DNA of 18,279 nucleotides from a virus (Duplodnaviria; Heunggongvirae; Uroviricota; Caudoviricetes): IMG/VR virus record IMGVR_UViG_2695420624_000002, positions 1 to 18,279 of that record; one strand, 5' to 3'. Shown piece by piece: positions 15,118 to 18,279 of this stretch (position 1 is its first letter; each line of letters starts with the position of its first letter). The notes under the pieces were generated by a model. It saw only the letters and a program-made list of their open reading frames with translations, ran no database searches and was not told where the DNA came from. The position numbers and the translations under genes were made by a program.

Positions 15118-16200
15118 TTATCCCCTGAAACCAGGCGGAATTTCTGTATCAGGTTCAGAAATATGATTCACACAACGCTGGTTGTTCGTGCCGCTTACCG
15201 GGAGCAACCAAGGGTTCTCAAAATTCCGGTCCGGTCCAAAAAACGTCGTCGCTCGCTGAACAAATTCCGTTCCCGTCTTCCCGGTAGCCGCCAGGTATCT
15301 TGCGTAACGCCTCACACCATCCAGCATGGCCTCTGGTAGCACCCCCTCGCGTAACCTGGCTTTCCAGGCACTGAAAGCGGATTTCTTCGGGTTTGCCCCG
15401 GCACGCAACGGGTATTCCCGCCAGACCTGTTCGAACACATCAGGATAATCCACTCGTCCCACAGGCTGCCCGGTGTTTTCCGGGACTACCCGATCGGCTT
15501 CCCGCTGAATGGCGGAATCGGCTTCAGGCTGCTGAAGTTGGTGTGATTGCTCCTGCCTTGCGGTCATCACCTGCTGCACAGCGCCCGAATCGGCTTTCAG
15601 CGCATACGCTGAATCGGCTTCCGGTGTCGTGCCTGCTGGCTGACCAAGATTGACGGTCTGAACATCCCCTGCCTGGTTCGTGGCGTTTTTTACGCCATGG
15701 ACCATAGTGTTTTGATCTTCTTGATCTGTATCTTTATCTGTATCTTTATCTGTATCTTTATCTGTCGTGACTCGTCGTGACATGTGCGTGACATTTCGTG
15801 ACTCGCCGTGACAATCGCCATTTTGTTCCCGCTTTCTTTCCCTCTCTCGCTGCGCCCTCTTGCGCTCTGCCGGAGATTTTGCGGTTTGCGAAATATTGCC
15901 GTTGTCCTCTTTCAGCACCTGGCGTTTTTCCCATCCAGTGATTAAATCACCATCAAGTACCCGCCCCTGCATCGTCTGCAAAATTGAATCAATTACCTCT
16001 TCTGTCACGTCGAGCGCACTTGCCAAATCTTCTGTCGTGACATCAATGTGACCTCGCGTGACATTTCGTGACGCGCTCACCAGGAGGTGGATATACACTG
16101 CCATCACTGTTGCAATTGGCTGCCCTGACACCCTGGCAATTGTTCGCCACTTAGGGTCATTTGGCATGTCATGCCATAATCTGAGCCAGGCGTTAGCCAT
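15118..16200 (-). CDS. Putative replication initiator / replisome-organiser protein containing ori-like iterons
   Basis: Position directly downstream of the cro/cII-like genes; two arrays of 10-11-bp-phased CGTGAC iterons inside the coding sequence; low-complexity linker (DKDT)n; probable start ATG 16200 with RBS GAGGTG (the track start at 16206 is a GTG). Confidence 0.55.
   Translation of the reverse strand: MANAWLRLWHDMPNDPKWRTIARVSGQPIATVMAVYIHLLVSASRNVTRGHIDVTTEDLASALDVTEEVIDSILQTMQGRVLDGDLITGWEKRQVLKEDNGNISQTAKSPAERKRAQRERERKREQNGDCHGESRNVTHMSRRVTTDKDTDKDTDKDTDQEDQNTMVHGVKNATNQAGDVQTVNLGQPAGTTPEADSAYALKADSGAVQQVMTARQEQSHQLQQPEADSAIQREADRVVPENTGQPVGRVDYPDVFEQVWREYPLRAGANPKKSAFSAWKARLREGVLPEAMLDGVRRYARYLAATGKTGTEFVQRATTFFGPDRNFENPWLLPVSGTNNQRCVNHISEPDTEIPPGFRG
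15724..15759. repeat. Three perfect tandem copies of the 12-bp unit ATCTGTATCTTT (encodes the DKDTDKDTDKDTD linker)
   Basis: Direct reading of the sequence; a fourth partial copy follows and runs into the first iteron array. Confidence 0.8.
15766..15812. repeat. Iteron array 1: five CGTGAC repeats spaced 10, 11, 10 and 10 bp apart (candidate origin of replication)
   Basis: CGTGAC at 15766, 15776, 15787, 15797 and 15807; helical phasing is typical of initiator-binding iterons; lambda ori likewise lies inside gene O. Confidence 0.55.
16036..16072. repeat. Iteron array 2: four (C/T)GTGAC repeats spaced 11, 10 and 10 bp apart
   Basis: Repeats at 16036, 16047, 16057 and 16067; shares the identical 16-mer CGTGACATTTCGTGAC with array 1. 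Confidence 0.5.
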
Positions 16201-16271
16201 ACTCACCTCTTCTGATACCGAATCTTTTTACTCACGAGTTGCCGGAAGCGATTCGATATGGCTATTGTCAG

Positions 16272-16697
16272 TCAATGTACTGCCACAGCATTTCCTGCCG
16301 GGCCACCACGGTTCATCTGATTGAAACCGGCGATTGCCACTGCGACAAAATCATCAGCGTCTCTCACCAGTCGCTCCCGCGTCTCCACCAGCTCCCGAAA
16401 ATAAGCTGAACTGTGGCTGCGCATTCTGGCCACCAGCAAAGGTGGCATTGCCTTTTCGATCGCTGGTAACAACGCCTGAATTTTTTCAACTGCATCAGGG
16501 GTGTCTTTCTCTATCCAGCGGAAAATTTTCTGGGTATTGCGAGCCAGGGCTTCCGGATGGCTGTCGTCGTACAGTTCAGGAAACGTCATACCCAACTCAA
16601 AATAAGCCTGGGTTATTCCAGCTGCCGGAACTTTTTCGCCATCAGGACGCGCCCAGGCATTCATCGCCATGCGGATGTGTTCATGCTTGATTTTCAT
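16272..16697 (-). CDS. ydaT: YdaT-like protein (proposed CII functional analogue of Rac-type prophages), 141 aa
   Basis: Starts MKIKHEHI..., as I recall for YdaT-family proteins; ATGA overlap with the upstream Cro-like gene; sits at the cII position between cro-like and replication genes. Confidence 0.6.
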   Translation of the reverse strand: MKIKHEHIRMAMNAWARPDGEKVPAAGITQAYFELGMTFPELYDDSHPEALARNTQKIFRWIEKDTPDAVEKIQALLPAIEKAMPPLLVARMRSHSSAYFRELVETRERLVRDADDFVAVAIAGFNQMNRGGPAGNAVAVH

Positions 16698-16948
16698 GAA
16701 TCAACTCCCATCAGCTTTTTCGTAGTAGTTTTATTCCTGCCAATAGTTAAAATTGCATCGGCAGAAAATAATCCGTTTGATGCAAGAGCGATTTTTTCAG
16801 CGTAATTTGTTTCGCCGGTATATTCTGTGCGAGGCAATTTTCCGTTATCCATCCATTTATAGATTGCTCTTTGGCTGACACCACAAACGTCGGCCACAAC
16901 AGCAACGCGAACAGTTTTGATTACATCTTCAAGTGTTTTCTGGTTCAT
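16694..16948 (-). CDS. ydaS: YdaS-like Cro-type HTH regulator, 84 aa
   Basis: Probable start ATG 16948 with RBS GAGGGTG; HTH segment VVADVCGVSQRAIYKWMDNGKLP; divergent from the repressor gene. Confidence 0.65.
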   Translation of the reverse strand: MNQKTLEDVIKTVRVAVVADVCGVSQRAIYKWMDNGKLPRTEYTGETNYAEKIALASNGLFSADAILTIGRNKTTTKKLMGVDS

Positions 16949-17027
16949 ATCACCCTCACAATGTGAACTTTGAGTACACACTATAACAGAACTGACAGTA
17001 CATTCAAGAGCGAATATCATTGAACTT
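16949..17027. promoter_or_regulatory. Divergent promoter/operator region of the immunity switch
   Basis: 79-bp spacer between divergent cro-like and cI-like genes containing imperfect inverted repeats built on TGAAC/GTTCA and TGTG..CACA half-sites (caatgTGAACtttgagtaCACA; atTGAACttatgGTTCAt). Confidence 0.4.
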
Positions 17028-17447
17028 ATGGTTCATGAAGATAAAGCGCGTAAAGAGTTCGCCAGTAGGCTTGCGCTAGCCTGTGAAAACGCTGGTTATG
17101 AACAACATGGAAGGCAGGCAGAAATTGCCCGTCGAATGAAATTAACACCAAAAGCGGTTAGCAAATGGTTTAATGGCGAAACAATTCCTCGCCGGGAGAA
17201 ATTAAGGGAATTAGCAACACTAATAGGAACAACACCAACCTATCTTTTGGGAGAGGATACAGAAGAAAGTGGACAGGTACGTTTCTATCAGGAGTTAAAT
17301 CCAAGACAAAAAATCATCATTGACCTTCTGGACGAGCTCCCTGACAGTGAGACAGATGAACTTTTAAAAACTCTTGAAGAGAAAAAACAGAAGTACAATG
17401 CAATTTACGAAGAGTTAGCACGAAAGAAAAAACAAAAAGCCTCTTAA
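17028..17447 (+). CDS. CI-like prophage repressor (RacR-type, HTH only, no S24 peptidase domain), 139 aa
   Basis: HTH segment QAEIARRMKLTPKAVSKWFNGE; acidic/lysine-rich C-terminal tail without Ser-Lys autocleavage motifs; divergent from the cro-like gene. Confidence 0.65.
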   Translation: MVHEDKARKEFASRLALACENAGYEQHGRQAEIARRMKLTPKAVSKWFNGETIPRREKLRELATLIGTTPTYLLGEDTEESGQVRFYQELNPRQKIIIDLLDELPDSETDELLKTLEEKKQKYNAIYEELARKKKQKAS

Positions 17448-17520
17448 AACCAGCATAAATCCGGTAGCGCCTTCCTCCGGGTTTGTGCTTCACTTTATCC
17501 CATCTCATTTTTTTACACAC

Positions 17521-17570
17521 AAAATGTACTAAAAGTACTTTACAATAATGAACGCAAAGTACATTATATA
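17521..17570. promoter_or_regulatory. Operator-like cluster of AGTAC-based inverted repeats with promoter-like hexamers upstream of the small rightward genes
   Basis: aaaATGTACTaaaAGTACTTTACAataatgaacgcaaAGTACATTATATA: ATGTACT and AGTACAT are reverse complements; TTTACA and TATATA-like hexamers are embedded. Confidence 0.3.
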
Positions 17571-17745
17571 CCTACCACCCACCCCGCCCCACAGAATGCA
17601 GGGCAATACTTCGAGTTACCAGGCAGTGGTCAGGGGTTAAGTAGCCAGCCCGAGGCGTAAGAACATGACGGCAGGGTTCAACTTTAATAACTATGCAGCA
17701 GGTTTTTGTTCCGCTACCCCGGCGTTAAGGGGAAATGAGGTCAAC

Positions 17746-17901
17746 ATGGATACTATCGATCTTGGCAACAACGAATCTCTGGTGTACGGCGTGTTTCCCA
17801 ACCAGGACGGCACATTCACCGCGATGACGTATACCAAAAGCAAAACGTTTAAAACCGAAAATGGTGCCCGTCGCTGGCTGGAAAGAAACTCAGGTGAGTG
17901 A
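17746..17901 (+). CDS. Small hypothetical protein, 51 aa
   Basis: ATG 17746 preceded by RBS GAGG (aaggggaaatGAGGtcaacATG); the track ORF from 17665 is an upstream extension. Confidence 0.45.
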   Translation: MDTIDLGNNESLVYGVFPNQDGTFTAMTYTKSKTFKTENGARRWLERNSGE

Positions 17902-17902
17902 T

Positions 17903-18031
17903 ATGGATTTCGACACAATCATGAAAAAGGCTTACGAAGAATACTTCGAAGGCCTTGCCGAAGGCGAAGAAGCTCTCAGCTTCAGTGAGTTTAAACAGGC
18001 GCTTTCCAGCTCGGCAAAATCTAACGGCTGA
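17903..18031 (+). CDS. Small acidic hypothetical protein, 42 aa (not in the ORF track)
   Basis: My own translation MDFDTIMKKAYEEYFEGLAEGEEALSFSEFKQALSSSAKSNG; ATG 1 nt after the upstream stop; RBS GGTGAG. Confidence 0.35.
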   Translation: MDFDTIMKKAYEEYFEGLAEGEEALSFSEFKQALSSSAKSNG

Positions 18032-18060
18032 TAAGCGAAGCAGCACCGCGAGGAATCAGT

Positions 18061-18279
18061 ATGCAGAAACGAGAACCCGTCATCATCGCGCCAGATTATA
18101 CCGATGATGAACTTTATGAGTGGATGCGCCAGAAAATTAATGCAGCGCAGGACCTGAAATGGGCCAATGAAGCCAGGGCTAAGCAGGCTGAAAATCTGTC
18201 CGCTCTGGAGCAGGATATCACCAATCTGGAAAAAGCAGCGGCACTAAGCATTGCCAGAATGATTACATACCCGCGTTAG
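18061..18279 (+). CDS. Hypothetical early-region protein, 72 aa
   Basis: Complete ORF ending in TAG at the window edge; RBS-like GAGGAA upstream; same orientation and tight spacing with the preceding small genes. Confidence 0.45.
   Translation: MQKREPVIIAPDYTDDELYEWMRQKINAAQDLKWANEARAKQAENLSALEQDITNLEKAAALSIARMITYPR

Noticed and set aside
15724-15812. Short direct repeats considered as a possible CRISPR array
   Set aside because: Repeat units are only 6-12 bp, contiguous or 10-11 bp phased, and lie inside a coding sequence; this fits iterons and a tandem codon repeat, not CRISPR repeat-spacer architecture. No cas genes are present.

Overview
The window reads as a mosaic, defective lambdoid prophage segment, with almost all genes on the minus strand in canonical lambdoid order (right to left): immunity switch (short CI-like repressor on +, Cro-like YdaS and CII-like YdaT on -), a replication initiator gene carrying ori-like iterons, an IS110-family insertion sequence, a non-phage cargo pair (GNAT acetyltransferase + XRE/cupin regulator), a hok toxin locus, a DUF968 protein, RusA, a Q-like antiterminator with PR'-like promoter and tR'-like terminator, three rare-codon tRNAs (Ile-CAU, Arg-UCG, Arg-UCU), the stx-equivalent locus holding a disrupted TerB-like gene instead of toxin genes, a NanS-p-type sialate O-acetylesterase, then directly a C-terminal fragment of tail-tip protein J, lom, a collagen-repeat side tail fiber, a small coupled ORF and an AT-rich NleB-family type III effector gene. 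Lysis, head and most tail genes are missing between nanS-p and the J fragment, so the element is cryptic. All protein identities come from recognising sequence hallmarks by eye, not from database searches. The most interesting unexplained signals are a tandem pair of promoter-like/hairpin-terminator modules at 4794-5062 (candidate small RNAs), the structured non-coding leader of the IS110 element (candidate bridge/guide RNA), a G10 tract inside nanS-p, and the disrupted TerB-like gene at the stx position.
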